The notes: a model not told the origin generated them from the letters alone. A DNA stretch of 63,825 nt, filler included, from Folioceros fuciformis (GCA_049999805.1; 6 parts of 6 records of this genome joined end to end with filler, not necessarily neighbours in it); one strand, 5' to 3'; numbered from the whole stretch's first letter, positions 37,366-50,683 are shown. Made by a program: numbers and translations.

Positions 37366-37852
37366 CCGCGAATTGACTACGTTGAAGGAGGAGTTAATCC
37401 AGCAATGAGAATACTGTTTTCACTGCGGGAATATCAAGATCCACATCATCATTCAAACAACGAATTGGATTAACCCAGGACATAATTAAAACAATGAAAG
37501 TAAATTCCAGTAATTTATCTCCAAGTATTCTTTTTGTCCAGGGGTGCTCTTCGTTTTGCGGTTAACCGGGGAGGGCGACCCTCCGCAGTGTAGTGAAGGC
37601 CAAACCCTTCACCACAACCCCGAATGGTCCGCAATATAACAAAAATATGATGCTCCTTGCTCGTTCCACGAGTCAGAACACTCCCAAAACATTCAAACTC
37701 AGAGAGTCATGCACATCATTAAGACCTAACAGATTTATTTCATTGCACTAGAATAAAGGCAGAAGAAAATACCACTAGAATACATCTTCACAAATTCCTG
37801 CCGCATTTTGCAGCAGCCACAACGCTGGAACCTGGGTGAAGCAAAGCCATTA

Positions 37853-40800
37853 TTACCGTCGGCGTTCTTGCTGAATAGACAAGAGAATCCCAGCAGCTGA
37901 TTCAGGTGTCGCTACCACTGCTCGAGGGGCTACTTTAACCACACCTCCTTGGAGCTCACCAGAAACCAGACATGGCCGATCTTGATATTTGTCCACGACC
38001 GGGACAACAGGAAACAAAGGAAGTGGATTTCTCATACTAGCACTGCTCTGCAAGGCCTCAACATCTGCATCCTCATCCCTGGCACGCAAGTCCGTTTCTT
38101 TGGAGACGCATAGATCTCTCGGCCTCTTTTGAGACCGCTCATGATTCTGTTGTCCAGATATGCCATGCAAACCAGAAGCTGCATCTGTAGAGGCCTCTGC
38201 CTCAAAACTATCCATTTCTGATTGACATCTGTTCCAGCCTCCCTCTCTGTGTACCCTACTCGGTTCAGGCTTATCTCCTGCACTCAAGTTCTGTTGCAAG
38301 GATCTGTGGGCAGTACTTGGTCCCTGCGAGTTTACCCTGTCCACATCTGTCGTCGAGTTCCCCTTGGGCGTAGAGCCCATGGATGGTATTTGATACGTCC
38401 CACACAGCTCGAAATTGGGCCGTGGAACCAACGGTCTCCCCATTGCAGACGATGGAAACATATCTGCATACTCCAACGACTTGGTTACAGAGCATTTTGC
38501 ATGGTGACTTTGCACAGGCCCTTGAGACATACTGTACCATAAAGACATTGGATCACCTGCAGGTGCAGGTGCTGATGAGCCATAACATTGAGGATGTCTC
38601 GAGGCCCAAGAATAATACCTTGAGCAAGACTCCGAAAACAACTCAGACCATTTCTCATAGCCAGACAGGCCAAATGACATCATGGACAGATGACCTGGTA
38701 CACTGACCAGTGGGCGATATGGCCCATATGCACCAACAAGAGGACCTGCAGAGGGGGCAAAGGAAGGAGGATAATGGCACATATATGTTCCTGTCCTGGC
38801 AGACATGGCTCCCAGCCATGGATTTACGGGATATGGGGGGTAACCCCAAGCATTCGGTACCTGGGGATACAAAGCGGATACCTGTGAGACAGATGCTTGA
38901 CCAATCCGACCCTGGGTTTCTGTGCTCGTAGATGTAGGACCTTCCTTACAGGAAGATCCCTTTGCAGTCACAGCCTCTGTTTGCATAACACTGCTTGGGG
39001 CTGCCTTTCTACTTCCACGCGATTTATGATGCATTCCGGCATCATGAATTTTTGTTTTCTCACAAGCTTTCTCTATCAAGTTTGCAGCCACAAAATCACT
39101 ACATCCTTCAGATACAGTGTAGTCCACACTTGGAGACATGGCCATAAGCTGCTGAACCTGTTCACAATCAGCACGTCCACTACTGAGCCATTTGCAGGGC
39201 TGAAAGACTCTCGGGCAATAACAAGGAATAGCAAAGATATAGATTGCCAGGGTGAGAACCTTAACCAACCGGTGAAGCTCAAAAACCTGGACAGAAAAGA
39301 TTCTTTGCTGCCTGTGAACAGAGAGAGAAGCAGGGTATCACATACAATAAGCACAAGATTCAACAGAATCTACAAACGAGATCATCTAGGCTCTGACTCA
39401 ATGTGTCTTGCCTCCATGTCTTAGCTCAAGCTGGCAATCGAAGAGTGAAGCTAATCATAGCTCCACAGATTGCCAGGGCTAGAGAATCTAATACTTGTGG
39501 TACAAACGAACAAGATAAAACGCGAGATTCAAACCATGAAAACAAAATTTACCTTAAGATAGCTTTCCGGGTTCTCCAGAACTCTTGTTGACCAATGGCT
39601 CCAATGACATGTCTCGGAGAGATCCTGTGAATGGTTATCGAGTCGACCATGGAGGAGTCTGAATCATCGCCTGTGCAACCAGCAACATATGAAGGTTCGG
39701 GAGCTTGTAGCCCATTACCAGCTCCCTGGTGTTCAGAATCTCCACTGCTTTCAATACTGTCAGTTTTGTATCCTTGTGGATGATGGTGCTTTTCAAGATT
39801 AGGAGAAACCTTGCGGATGGACGAGATATTGTTGAAATGATTGTCCTCTGTATCAGTGACACCATCCTTCGGCAAAACAAGGCCGCTAGACATACCACAA
39901 TCATGATCTTGACCCCTGTCTCTAAACCCATGGGGAACTATGGGGCCATGCATTGCACATTCGTCATGCATAGCACATCCTACTGCAGTCTGTGCAGAAG
40001 CTTTAACGGACTTGTTCCTCGGGTCTTGAAATGAGCCTGGTTCCAGAAAATTGCCAGCAGATACAAGAGGTTCATCAGGCCAACTGTCTCGCCGAGGGGA
40101 CAGCACGTTCCCAAACAAATCAGGCACCACCGTTTTGCACAAGCCTGAGTTACAGGCAGTAGAACCTTTCAATTCAGATATTGCCTTACTTCGCCTTGCT
40201 GCTCGAGTACCAGTCTTCCCACTGCAGCTTCCAGTAGCGTCTAATAGATCCTGACACACCAGTCCAGTTGCATCCTCAACTTGTCCGTCTCCAGCACTTT
40301 GCCCAGTCATGCCACTTGCAGCATTCAAGGACCCTTCGTGCATACTCTTCACACCAGTATCCGGAAAAAGAGATGACCCTACTTTGTTCTTGTGGGGCAC
40401 GGAATATATTGGCACAGTGAAATCGTCTTCATTTCTATGCTTCTTAGCGCATGCCAACTTCGGCTGATCAATAGAGTGAGCACCTGATACAACATTCAAA
40501 GGCCCAGGTCCCGGGCTAGGTGCAGAACTATCCACCTGCGAAACACCAGGAACTCTTTGTAACTCTCCATCACCGTCAACAATGGTACTAGTACTGCTCC
40601 CAAGAGATGCGTGGCCTCCCAACTGTCGTCCCATGCTGGTACCGGTATATGCCAAAGGGGGCGGGACACAGTTCTGAGGATACATGTACCTCCTGTCATA
40701 GACCGAGTACTGCACATGTGGAGTCCACGGTTACAAAGACAACAACAGTGATCAATAACAACTGCATGTCGTGACTGCTCATTTGGCTAGCGCACAAAGA

Positions 40801-41215
40801 TAAAGGTCCTCAAACTCGTCACATTAGTATGGCAGAAATATCAGACCCTACAATCCAACAACATTTTCAGGTCGAGACCTTGCTCGTTAACACGCTGGGA
40901 AAGTTGTGCTGCCTACAACCGCTCAAGCTACAATAATAACACAACAAATGATCTATGAAAAATGGGCAGGTTAATGACCTGAGGAACAAGCGGCACGGAG
41001 CCCGCCTTCCGTGCGGAACTGGGAAGAGGGAGGGACGACGACATGAACCTGTGTGAAGGTATCGTGAACTGCTCATACAAAGCCATCTTATTCCGTGGAG
41101 GGGCACGAGGCCCCACCTTGTTGGTCTCCTTCACGTGCAAACGAGGAAATAAAACTCCAGCCTCAAGCCCCCCGCCCTTCAAGCCATCCCCCGACCCGTC
41201 ATCCGCCCCTTTCAT
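37853..41215 (-). CDS. ELF3: EARLY FLOWERING 3-like clock protein; exons 41215-40979, 40709-39553, 39311-39260, 39157-37853 (~916 aa; in-frame upstream ATG at 41296)
   Basis: Block [28 protein letters not shown]; block [50 protein letters not shown]-terminal [26 protein letters not shown] junctions in phase, 52-nt exon 3. Confidence 0.96.
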
Positions 41216-41496
41216 CCCACCAGCGGAAAGGGATTTGCTCAACACTTCATCATACATGTTGCTGTGGTCCTTTCTCTGCCAACCACCTTCCCACATCCAC
41301 AGGGCCCAACGGGAGTGCTCAACGACACTTCCATGGACCTACAAGCTCAAACACCCCCAGGCAACGCCGACGGGTTGCACATTTGCAAAAATTTCGTGTC
41401 TCGGAATGTTTGTAAATCTCCCGCGGTCGACCTACAAGCTCAGACACTCGACGCTCAAACACCGTACCGTGCAGTGCCACCGCGTCCCCCAATTGC

Positions 41497-41505
41497 AGAT
41501 ATTTT
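41497..41505 (-). promoter_or_regulatory. Evening element AAAATATCT upstream of ELF3
   Basis: Exact match ~280 bp upstream of ATG 41215. Confidence 0.6.
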
Positions 41506-42324
41506 CAATAACTTGATAGACATCAGTCAGTTCATCCCTTCCATTGTCCCAATACTTCACCGAAGACACACATTTATAGAAACTTTGTTCAACTTTGTTT
41601 AAATAGTTTATATATATATATAATTTGAGATTAAGCATTTGGCTTGGGAAGTCTAGGGCTACACCATGAGGTAGGTAGGCCATTTGTTATTCCACATTGT
41701 CATCCCCAAAAATACCGACGGAGCTTTACTTCGATGGTCCATCGGAGACATTTTCCGAAATCTGACAAAATGGAGCGGACTTGAAAAAACGAGTATTTAC
41801 AGCAGACCCAAGTTCTTCAGAGTGCATGGCACGCCATACTCCACTCCGCCAGACGGCCACCAGATAGACAGATTGGACAATCCGTCTAAGAAGCAGTATC
41901 CTGCCATTATGAAGAAAGTGGGACGTAACCAACACGGACGGTAGCAGGCGTACTAGCACTAGCAAGCGTAAGTGCTTGCTCTTGCCTACGTCGGCCAATA
42001 CTCCCCATCCCTTCTCTCTCTCTCCCTCTTACCCTTTGCTCTAGTCTCATTCCGCCAATTCTTCCTTGCTCTGGTCCACCCTAAACCCTAAATCCACCTC
42101 TGCTCTCTCCCGCTCTCGAGCATCTCCTTCTTTGTCTCATGTGGTGCCACGACGCGTCCTTGCCCAACGTTCATCCTCGTGCCCAACGACTGCAAGCGTC
42201 GTTCATCATGTCGCCCGGCCAGTTTCTGGAGATCGGCAATGCTTGGAAGCTCAACACCAAACAGATTTAGACACGCTCCTATCCAAACCTGGCTCCCTGG
42301 ATTACGGCGGCCGGCAACTTGATA

Positions 42325-42794
42325 GAGCAATGGGAACTAGGGATCTTTTAGTTCCTCTGGGACATCAATTCCTCTGTGACGGTGCGGGAATTTGCTAAGA
42401 CCATGTTGCTGTGTGCCCGTGGGAAGGCGCCCTCCGCCAAAGTCCAAGATAACCCCACCCTTTGGATAGTGCAAATGATGCGCGAAGTATATTAGAGACT
42501 AGTTGAGGAGCTCGGTGGTCTCTACCTTAACTTGTAGCGCAACAAGGACTTGGTCAAGGAGGCGGTGGCGGCGTTCTTGCAGGAAGACTCCATGAAAACC
42601 ACCAATGGGTGGTTGATTCATGACATCTTGGACCCACGGATTAGGGGAGTGGCCAGGATTATCTTCAACTAGCTTCTTGTGACCAAGACGAGCCACGTTG
42701 CGGATGGGGTCCTTCTCCTTTATGGGCTAACGCAAGGTACCCCATTTGATTGGGGAAAGGTGGTCGCACATCGGATACAGTCCAATGTTAGGAA
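42325..42794 (+). pseudogene. Decayed retrotransposon-associated accessory ORF, continuing at 49213-49340 after element Z
   Basis: Frame reads ...LTQGTPFDWGKVVAHRIQSNVR|KLKQEKPPTSELSPFLFHIW across TSD AGGAA. Confidence 0.55.
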
Positions 42795-43256
42795 TGCTAC
42801 TAATTGCGGAAGCGAAAACATTGTAATAATAAATAAAAGGAAAAATATCCTTAAATACAAAAATTGTATGTGTGTCTTTTGGGTTAACTGAGTAACCTCT
42901 GGTTAGACTAAGTCATAAGTTATGTTAGGGTTTTATATCCAACACTCCCACTAAACCTTACATGGATTAAGTAACTACAGGTTTGAATACAACATCATTA
43001 CAAGCCATTACTCTCAGCTACCCTGCTCAGCCAAGTACTCACGCATGGAACCCCTGATTCTTAGTCCTCTTAAACCTCGCATGCAGCTTGCTAAGGGAAG
43101 CAGTCGCAAAACAACTGATTGTGGATCTGCTTAGACTCGACAATCAGCAAGCCACCAGCCATATCTTCCAGGCACGCCGGCAAGAGGAGCGCAAGCAATA
43201 GTGTTGGTGGAGATCAGGAGCGTGGGCGTTCCACAGCCAGAAAGGGAGTTCCAGCT

Positions 43257-43748
43257 ATGGCGCCGACACCGCCGCCCAACACGCCAGCACCTGTCAGCCT
43301 GCCTCGCCATCTTGCAGACATCCCAACGATGGAGCTGGATTCCGACGACTCCTCCAGAGCCTCGAACCCAGTCATCACAAACCTCTCTCCTGTGCCCAAC
43401 TCAACTGACAAAGACGAAGAGGTAGAGAGCATCCCTCGCCGCAGAGGCTGTGCTCTCGGAGGACTTCCCACTGCTTCTATGTTAGTTGATCAGGTGGACG
43501 CAGTGTTTGCCATGCTTGACGAGATGGAGAAACTCCTGGACACTAAGAGAGCTAAGGTGGCTAGGCAGCAAGCGGAGCTGACACAAGAAAATGTGGAAAG
43601 AGCTGTTGTTGTTGTTGACAGGACGTTCGCCGAAGTGGAAGGGAACAGAGCCAGGCGTCGTGACAGCAGAGACTGTGGTGTGTGTGCCTTCAGTAGAAAG
43701 TTGTGCCATCTATGTGGAAAGAGACAGCGTGTGACGAGTAGAAACTAG
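43257..43748 (+). CDS. Antisense accessory ORF in 3' region of copia Z (Pro/Ser-rich, coiled coil, CxxC-x6-CxxC tail)
   Basis: ORF 43119-43748, first ATG 43257; lies between RNase H and PPT. Confidence 0.5.
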   Translation: MAPTPPPNTPAPVSLPRHLADIPTMELDSDDSSRASNPVITNLSPVPNSTDKDEEVESIPRRRGCALGGLPTASMLVDQVDAVFAMLDEMEKLLDTKRAKVARQQAELTQENVERAVVVVDRTFAEVEGNRARRRDSRDCGVCAFSRKLCHLCGKRQRVTSRN

Positions 43749-46700
43749 CCATGTATTGCTTACGCTTGGAGTTAGCATTGAGCTTCATCCACTAAGCAGA
43801 CATGAGCCTAACTTCTCGTTGTTCTGTGCAGGAAGGGTACGAGCCAAGGGTGCCCCTGGTGGAAACTGAAGTTTGCCAGTGAATTGTGACAGAAGCCACT
43901 AAGGTGCAAACCTCCTTGTGTGGTATGCATGAGATCCAGAGACAGTTAGTGTTAGTCCTGCACAGTGTTGCAGTTAGATCTTGCATACTAGGGATAGCTG
44001 AACTCTTTGAGACCCATTGCAGCCATGTGCTGAAAATGTTTGACTTTGGGAAGGCCCTTAGTAAAAATGTTTGCAGTATTCAAGTGTGTACTAACATACT
44101 CAACTTTTACAATGCCACATTCTGCTGTGTCCCGAATATAGTGGTGGTAGAGTTCTATGTGCTTAGTCCTGGCATGAAACCTTGGATTAGCAACAAGAGC
44201 GATTGCACTCATGTTATCACAGAGTAGTAGAGTAGGTCCATGCTGTGACTAATTCACTGATTCCAGGAACTGCCTTTGCCACTCAGCTTCCTTGCAGGCA
44301 TCTATGAGAGCTTTGTACTCAGCCTCTGTGGATGAAAGGGCAAGGGAAGTCTACTTCTTGCTGCTCCAATTAACAGTGCCAGATGCCAACAGAAACCAGT
44401 AAGCGGAGAGGCTCTTCCTAGTGTCAGCATCGGATGCCCAATCGGCATCAGCAAAAGAGATAAGTTCCAGTCTATTGCTCCCACTACTCGTGTATTGAAG
44501 TCCATATGATGTTGTGCCCTTCAAATAGCGATTGATCCGCTTAACAGCTGCCCAATGTTGCTTACCATGAGACTTCAAGAACTGGGACACAATAGACACA
44601 GCATAGCTAATATCTGGTCTAGTTCAATTCGAGAGGTAGATTAAATAGCCAACTGCCTCTGAATAAACCCTATACTCAGCTGCCATTGCCAGCAGTATGC
44701 AAACTGAAGGAGGTTTGACAACTAGTGAAAAGGTATCACCATAATCGATTCCAATAATCTGGCTGAATCCTCTAGCCACCAATCGTGACTTATAACGGGC
44801 AATAGTTCCGTCTGCCTTGAGCTTGGTCTTAAATACCCATTTACAGCTAATGGGCTTCCTTCCTTCAGGTAAGTCGACCAACTCCCAAGTTTTGCTCTTA
44901 ATGAGTGAGGCATACTCATCATCAATGGATTTGCGCCAATGAAGGCCATCAGGGCCATTGATGACTTCATCATATGTCTCAGGGTCGGGCCAAACTTCAG
45001 GTACAGAAAAATCTGCTACATGTGCTTGTGATCCCCTTCTAAAGTCTGTAGACTGATATGGGGGCTCAGACCATTGCTCACGAGGTCGTCTATCCCTCGT
45101 GGGGTAACGAGATTCAGCAGCAACGTCTAATTCAGTTGCTCCCACTTGTGAGATAGGGAGCCTCCCACTTGTGAGATAGGGAGCACATCCGCATCATCCT
45201 CTAGCACTGAACCAGTGGAATCAGATTGTGCCTCCTGAACATCCAGGAAACCAACATGTAAGTCTGCCGCATTATCATCACTTGCAACATCATTGTCCAG
45301 TCCTTGTGACAGTCCTTCTCCATCAGAATCTGGATAGTCGGCTGGTTGTTGATTAGCAAGTTGTGGTGGAATTGCTGCAGGTACTACATGTTCTACAGCT
45401 TCAGCAGAGGGGTCTAGATCTGTACTTTCATCCTTATCATACACATGTGGGTCAGAATCGTCCATGACAGATGCACAAGTTCCGGAATAAGTCTTTAGAC
45501 TCTTCCGTGGTGACAAAAGCTTGTCAAAGGTAACGCTATGAGCTAACACCACTTTCCTGGCTGCTGGCTCGTATAGCTTATACACCGTAGACACCTCAGA
45601 GTAACCAAGAAACAATAAGGGCCTCGCACTATCATCAAGCTTACGTCGTTTCTTTTTAGGTATGTACGCATAGGCTATGGATCCAAATACTCGCAAGTGA
45701 AGAAGACTTGGTTTCTTCTTCCAAAAGGCTTCGTAAGGAGTTTTACCAAGTACGCTAGTTGTCAACACTCTATTCAGTATATAAGCAGCTGTTGTAAGGG
45801 CCTCTGCCCAATAGTGTTTAGGCAGTCCTGCCCATCCTAGCATACTTCTTGTCATGCCCATTAGTGTCTGGTTCTTACGCTCGGCTACCCCGTTCTGTTG
45901 TTGTGTATAAGGAATCGAGAGCTATCTCATAATTCCATGTGTTTCAAATAGCTCATCATACTGGAGTCCACCAAACTCACCTCCGTTGTCAGTGCGAAAG
46001 CACTTCACCAGGTTTCCAGTCTGTCTTTGTACCATAGCAATCCAGTTCTCGACACATTCAAAGGCATCACTCTTGAGGCGAGGTGTGTATACCCAAGCGT
46101 AATGTGAATACTCTGCCCCTCCTAGTGACTTAACTTGCAGTTTGCCTGCAATATCAGCATGGACAAGTTAAGTTCTAACACTGCATTTGCCCTCTGTGCC
46201 TGTTTATTTTTGAAGGGAAGTTCCTTCTGCTTCGACATAACACAAGACTGACAAATAGGGAGATGCTTAAAACAGGAGGGAAGTTTTTCCCTATAGCAAT
46301 CTAAGGAAGCCATCAGATTCAGCTTCTCTCTGTTAACATGTCCAAGCCTTGCATGCCACAAGTTTGCTTCAAATACGGTGGAGGTAACATATGCTTCTGG
46401 TTCAGCAGAATTATGTAGCTGGAACAACTCGTTAACTAGTTGTCCTCTAGCTATGCACCTACCAGGTCTGGAGAGATCATAGAGACAACAATGTCATTAC
46501 CTTGCTCAAACGTAAAGCCATATTTACCAGACTGGGTGGCTGCACAGAATGACATCAAGTTCTTTGACATCTTGGGCACGTACAGAACATTATCCAGAAG
46601 GATGTCTGACTCATCGGCTAAGGTAATCACGACTGACCCTACTCCACAAACCTCTATGCCTCTAGAATCCCCCACATAAACTGACTATGGTGGGACTTCT

Positions 46701-48210
46701 GTTGTAAGTGTGACAAATAGGTCCTTGTTATTGCACACATGAGACGTGGCCCCAGAGTCTATGAAGCAGAGAGCTGAGTTTGCAGAAGAAGACAGACAAA
46801 CTGATGTTACAATCAACACTATCGAGCTGCTCTTGTGTGGAGTAGACCCTCTGTCCTTTACAGCAACATGTGCCTCCGGACGAGGATCCTCCTTAGGTTC
46901 ACCAGCCTTTTTCTTGTGATAATCCCGCTCCCAATGGCCAGGTATTTGACACCAATTGCAGGTGCCTTGTCGTCTGATGGAGGGAGTTGAAGAAGTCGAG
47001 CCACCAAAGGTATGCCCTGTTTGGTGAGTTTTCTTGTCCTTCCCCTTCCCCTTCACAAACGACTTTCCTTTGCTGCAAACAGGACTTTTTCAATTCGAGT
47101 GCGAACTCCCTGACTAGGTCTGTGTCTGCTAGCCTCCTCTTGCAGGAGAGCTCCGACCATAGTGTTCAGGTTGAGGGAGTAAGCTTGATTAGCAACAGCA
47201 GCAGCATATGCTGCAATGATTGCCGAATTTTGTCCAGAAATGAAGGTATGGTAAGATGAGGGAAGCGCAGTAAACAGTTGGGCAACCATCTCAACCTCGC
47301 TAATCTTGACCCCTAGCGACGCAAGTTGTGCTCGCAGTAGTCTCAGCTTGGTGATGCTAGGGCCAACTGGTTCCCCTTCTCCCATCTTGACAGAGTGAAA
47401 ATCACTCCTGACATGCATAAGGGTGCAAACATTCTGCACGTAATAAGTATCCTTGAGCTGAGTCCATATATCAACTGCTGTTTCAAGGAACTCGACCTCA
47501 GTAACTGTTGTTGCATCTAGTCCTGACAACAGTATCGCAAATGCCACTTTGTTTCCTTTGTCCCACTTGAGAATCTCATCTGCTGTGGGTTGAATTGCTG
47601 CTGTGGCAGGTCTCTTATGAGGATTGACCACTGAGCCATCAACATACTTCCACACATCTCTAGCATTCAGGTTTGCCTTCATTCGAGCCCTCCAACTTTC
47701 ATAATTTACCGGCTTGCCGTCAAACCGGTCTTTATACTTGAACTCACCAGAGTATGACCCTGTATTAGTGGACGCAGCCATGTCGAGTACAGGGACAACT
47801 CCCGAAGTAACAAGGTATGATGGGAGGATGAAGGAAGGGAACTGAGCCTACAAGGATTGAAGGAAAGAGAACTCTGTGGAAAAGTCCTCGTCGATTTCAC
47901 TATCTGAATCTTCAAACAGCCAATTTAAACCAAAAGACATGGACTTAATGCGAAACGACGTTTACAAAAGGTATGTCCAGTTTCTAAGTTAACTGTTTTA
48001 GGTTTAGATATGAAACATCATAAAATAACATGAAACGATGCAGGTGAACATGAACACGCAACAGGTGTCAAGACTTCTCAATCGTCGACCCATACGAAGA
48101 CGGTGGTTGAGATCTCACTGAACACCTCTGGCGTTGTGCCTGCTTCACCCACCCTGGCGATCCCCCTCCAAGGATGAAGAAGAGATCCCGAGTCAAGGCG
48201 CGTGGCACCC

Positions 48211-48855
48211 CTACAGATCTGATCGCCCACAAGGTGACGCCATTGCAGGCTCTTCACGTGTAGGTACCAGATTTGGCAAGTAGGTCGCGACCTGGGGAGA
48301 TCTCACAGAGACAAGTCCCACTTTAGCACGCTCCAATTTCAAGGTGAGGGCTGAGAGGGAATTTTGTACACTCTGAAGCAGATCATGCATCATTGTCAAT
48401 CGTTCTCCCTGTTGCAGCAGCAATAAATGTCCTCTGCAGAATTGCGAGAAAAGAGTCTCATATGAACTGGTAACTCTGTTGCGTCGCGCTTCAAGTCTTA
48501 GCTCAGCCAACTCATTGCAGTTAGTGGATATCCTCTCAAACTCTGCCAAAGGATCTAATAGCCTGTTTGAATAACTTCTGCAGGTATTGCAAGGACGCGG
48601 AGAAAAAGTTTGTTGGGATCCACGCTCAGGAAGTTGAGAGGGAGCCCTTTCTCCCAAGTTGAGTTGATGAGATCTTCTCTCTAGAAGAGGAGATATCCAG
48701 CCTGGAGAAGGATTTGTCCAACTATGACGTTGATCTTGTGAAGTCGCACAACACCGGCTGACTCGATGCTCAACTTGTTGTGGTCGATTCCTGTTATGTA
48801 CACTCACAAATTGTGGGAGAACATCATCAGGGCGTCGCCCACGTCTCTGCATCAT
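48211..48855 (-). CDS. Extra sense ORF (214 aa, helical) in the leader of copia Z, upstream of gag
   Basis: ATG-initiated ORF between PBS and gag. Confidence 0.45.
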   Translation of the reverse strand: MMQRRGRRPDDVLPQFVSVHNRNRPQQVEHRVSRCCATSQDQRHSWTNPSPGWISPLLERRSHQLNLGERAPSQLPERGSQQTFSPRPCNTCRSYSNRLLDPLAEFERISTNCNELAELRLEARRNRVTSSYETLFSQFCRGHLLLLQQGERLTMMHDLLQSVQNSLSALTLKLERAKVGLVSVRSPQVATYLPNLVPTREEPAMASPCGRSDL

Positions 48856-49340
48856 ATTGTAGAATCAACAGACTCATTCACAATCCCATTAAGATTTAGA
48901 TTAAACTAGCGAAATATATAGTGCAAGCAGAGATAAATTTCTGGTCACACAATCGCACATTTTCCAAGGAGGAAATTTTTGCATTATATGAGCAGCTAAA
49001 ATTATCTATATTAGCACAATTTTAGAGTGAAAACATATATAGCTGGTGCTCTGATACCATGCTACTAATTACGGAAGCGAAAACATTGTAATAATAAATA
49101 AAAGGAAAAATATCCTTAAATACAAAAAATGTATGTGTCTTTTGGGTTAACTGAGTAACCTCTGGTTAGACTAAGCCATAAGTCATGTTAGGGTTTTATA
49201 TCCAACAAGGAAGCTCAAGCAGGAGAAACCTCCTACTTCCGAACTATCCCCTTTCCTTTTCCATATTTGGGACTATTACGGAGTCCTGACTACTTCGGAA
49301 AAGACAGCCATAGCCTAGCTCCCTCCTACACCTACTCCGA

Positions 49341-49581
49341 TGTGGAGGCAAAACCCCGGGCACTGATTGCCAACGGGTTCCACCTTTAGTGGCCACACTT
49401 ATCCCACTGTCGTTGAGACATTGGGTTTCGTTCCCACGAAGGAGCGATGGGGTTCCTTGCTGCTGTGGATGGAAGGTCGGACTTGATCGACTCGATGATG
49501 GATTCGAGGGCTCCCCTCCAGCTCCGATCAGGCGTAGGACAGGCCTCGCTGTCCGGCGGTCAGCTGCACCTCTCTCGGTGC
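49341..49581 (+). mobile_element. 5' end of LTR family B, truncated by contig end
   Basis: TGTGGAGGCAAAACCCCGGG...; matches 3212-3267 and the reverse complement of ~28875-29113. Confidence 0.85.
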
Positions 49582-50112
49582 NNNNNNNNNNNNNNNNNNN
49601 NNNNNNNNNNNNNNNNNNNNNNNNNTTAATTAATTAANNNNNNNNNNNNNNNNNNNNNNNNNNNNNNNNNNNNNNNNNNNNAATTGTCGAATGGTGCAAC
49701 TCTTGAAATCCTGTCAATAGTGGTTGGCGCCTTGAGAGATGGATAGTAGCACACGCAAGAATCCACAACGAATATTTAAAATAAGAAGGATCGCTGCTCG
49801 AGCATATTGCTCTTTTGATCGCATCTCACAATAAGTTACATGAATAGCTTATAAGAGGTTGTAACTTATCCTAGCAACCTTTTTTAGAGTTTCCTCCGTA
49901 TGCCCAAAGTAGGTGAGAGATAAATCCAACCTCTAGTCCGCAGATATTGGGGGTCCGCTTCGATTCACTTGACTTCATAATTGGGAACAATTTGTTGGAG
50001 CAAGTTATTGTTGAGGCTTGAGACGTGTCCCCTATCGAGGACCTCCCTTTGTTGGAGGATGCTTATATGGCATGTGCCATTCTTTCGTCTTGTTTCGTGT
50101 GCTTGGTATCCT

Positions 50113-50250
50113 AAAACATTGGACCCTAGCCCCTTCTCGGGTTTTGATGTCCGAAGACATTGGACCCTATCTTCTTCCCGAGTTTGGATATCCTAACACA
50201 TTGGACCCTAGCTCCTTTCCGGGTTTTGATGTTTAAAACATTGGACCCTA
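50113..50250. repeat. Four degenerate ~40-bp repeats with core ACATTGGACCCTA
   Basis: Direct reading. Confidence 0.8.
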
Positions 50251-50308
50251 GTAGCTTTGAAAGGGTTTATAAATTAGATTTGAAGAATTTACAAAATTCA
50301 CCTTTGGA

Positions 50309-50683
50309 TAGAGGCTTACAATAATCAGATGAGGTTGGGCATTTTAAAGTACAAGACTAGAATGAAACCACACACGTCTTATCTTTCCCAATATGAGTAG
50401 GTAGAGGCTTACAATAATCAGATGAGGTTGGGCATTTTAAAGTACAAGACTAGAATGAAACCACACACGTCTTATCTTTCCCAATATGAGTAGGTAGAGG
50501 CTTACAATAATCAGATGAGGTTGGGCATTTTAAAGTACAAGACTAGAATGAAACCACACACGTCTTATCTTTCCCAATATGAGTAGGTAGAGGCTTACAA
50601 TAATCAGATGAGGTTGGGCATTTTAAAGTACAAGACTAGAATGAAACCACACACGTCTTATCTTTCCCAATATGAGTAGGTAG
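50309..50683. repeat. Four apparently identical 93-bp tandem units
   Basis: Unit starts at 50309, 50402, 50495, 50588. Confidence 0.95.

Larger units (their letters stand above)
42795..49207 (-). mobile_element. Ty1/copia element 'Z': LTRs 49060-49207 and 42795-42944, PBS 49048-49059, PPT 42945-42953, TSD AGGAA; gag from 47781, pol to ~43988 with large RT deletion near 44670
   Basis: 148/150-bp LTRs (4 substitutions, 2-bp indel); TSD 42790-42794 and 49208-49212; CNWCQIPGHW; FIDSGATSHVC; RT jumps AMAAEY|RVYSEAVG. Confidence 0.96.

Noticed and set aside
40863-40912. Possible mini-exon in ELF3 intron 1
   Set aside because: Exons 1 and 2 already join in phase and there is no strong in-phase donor
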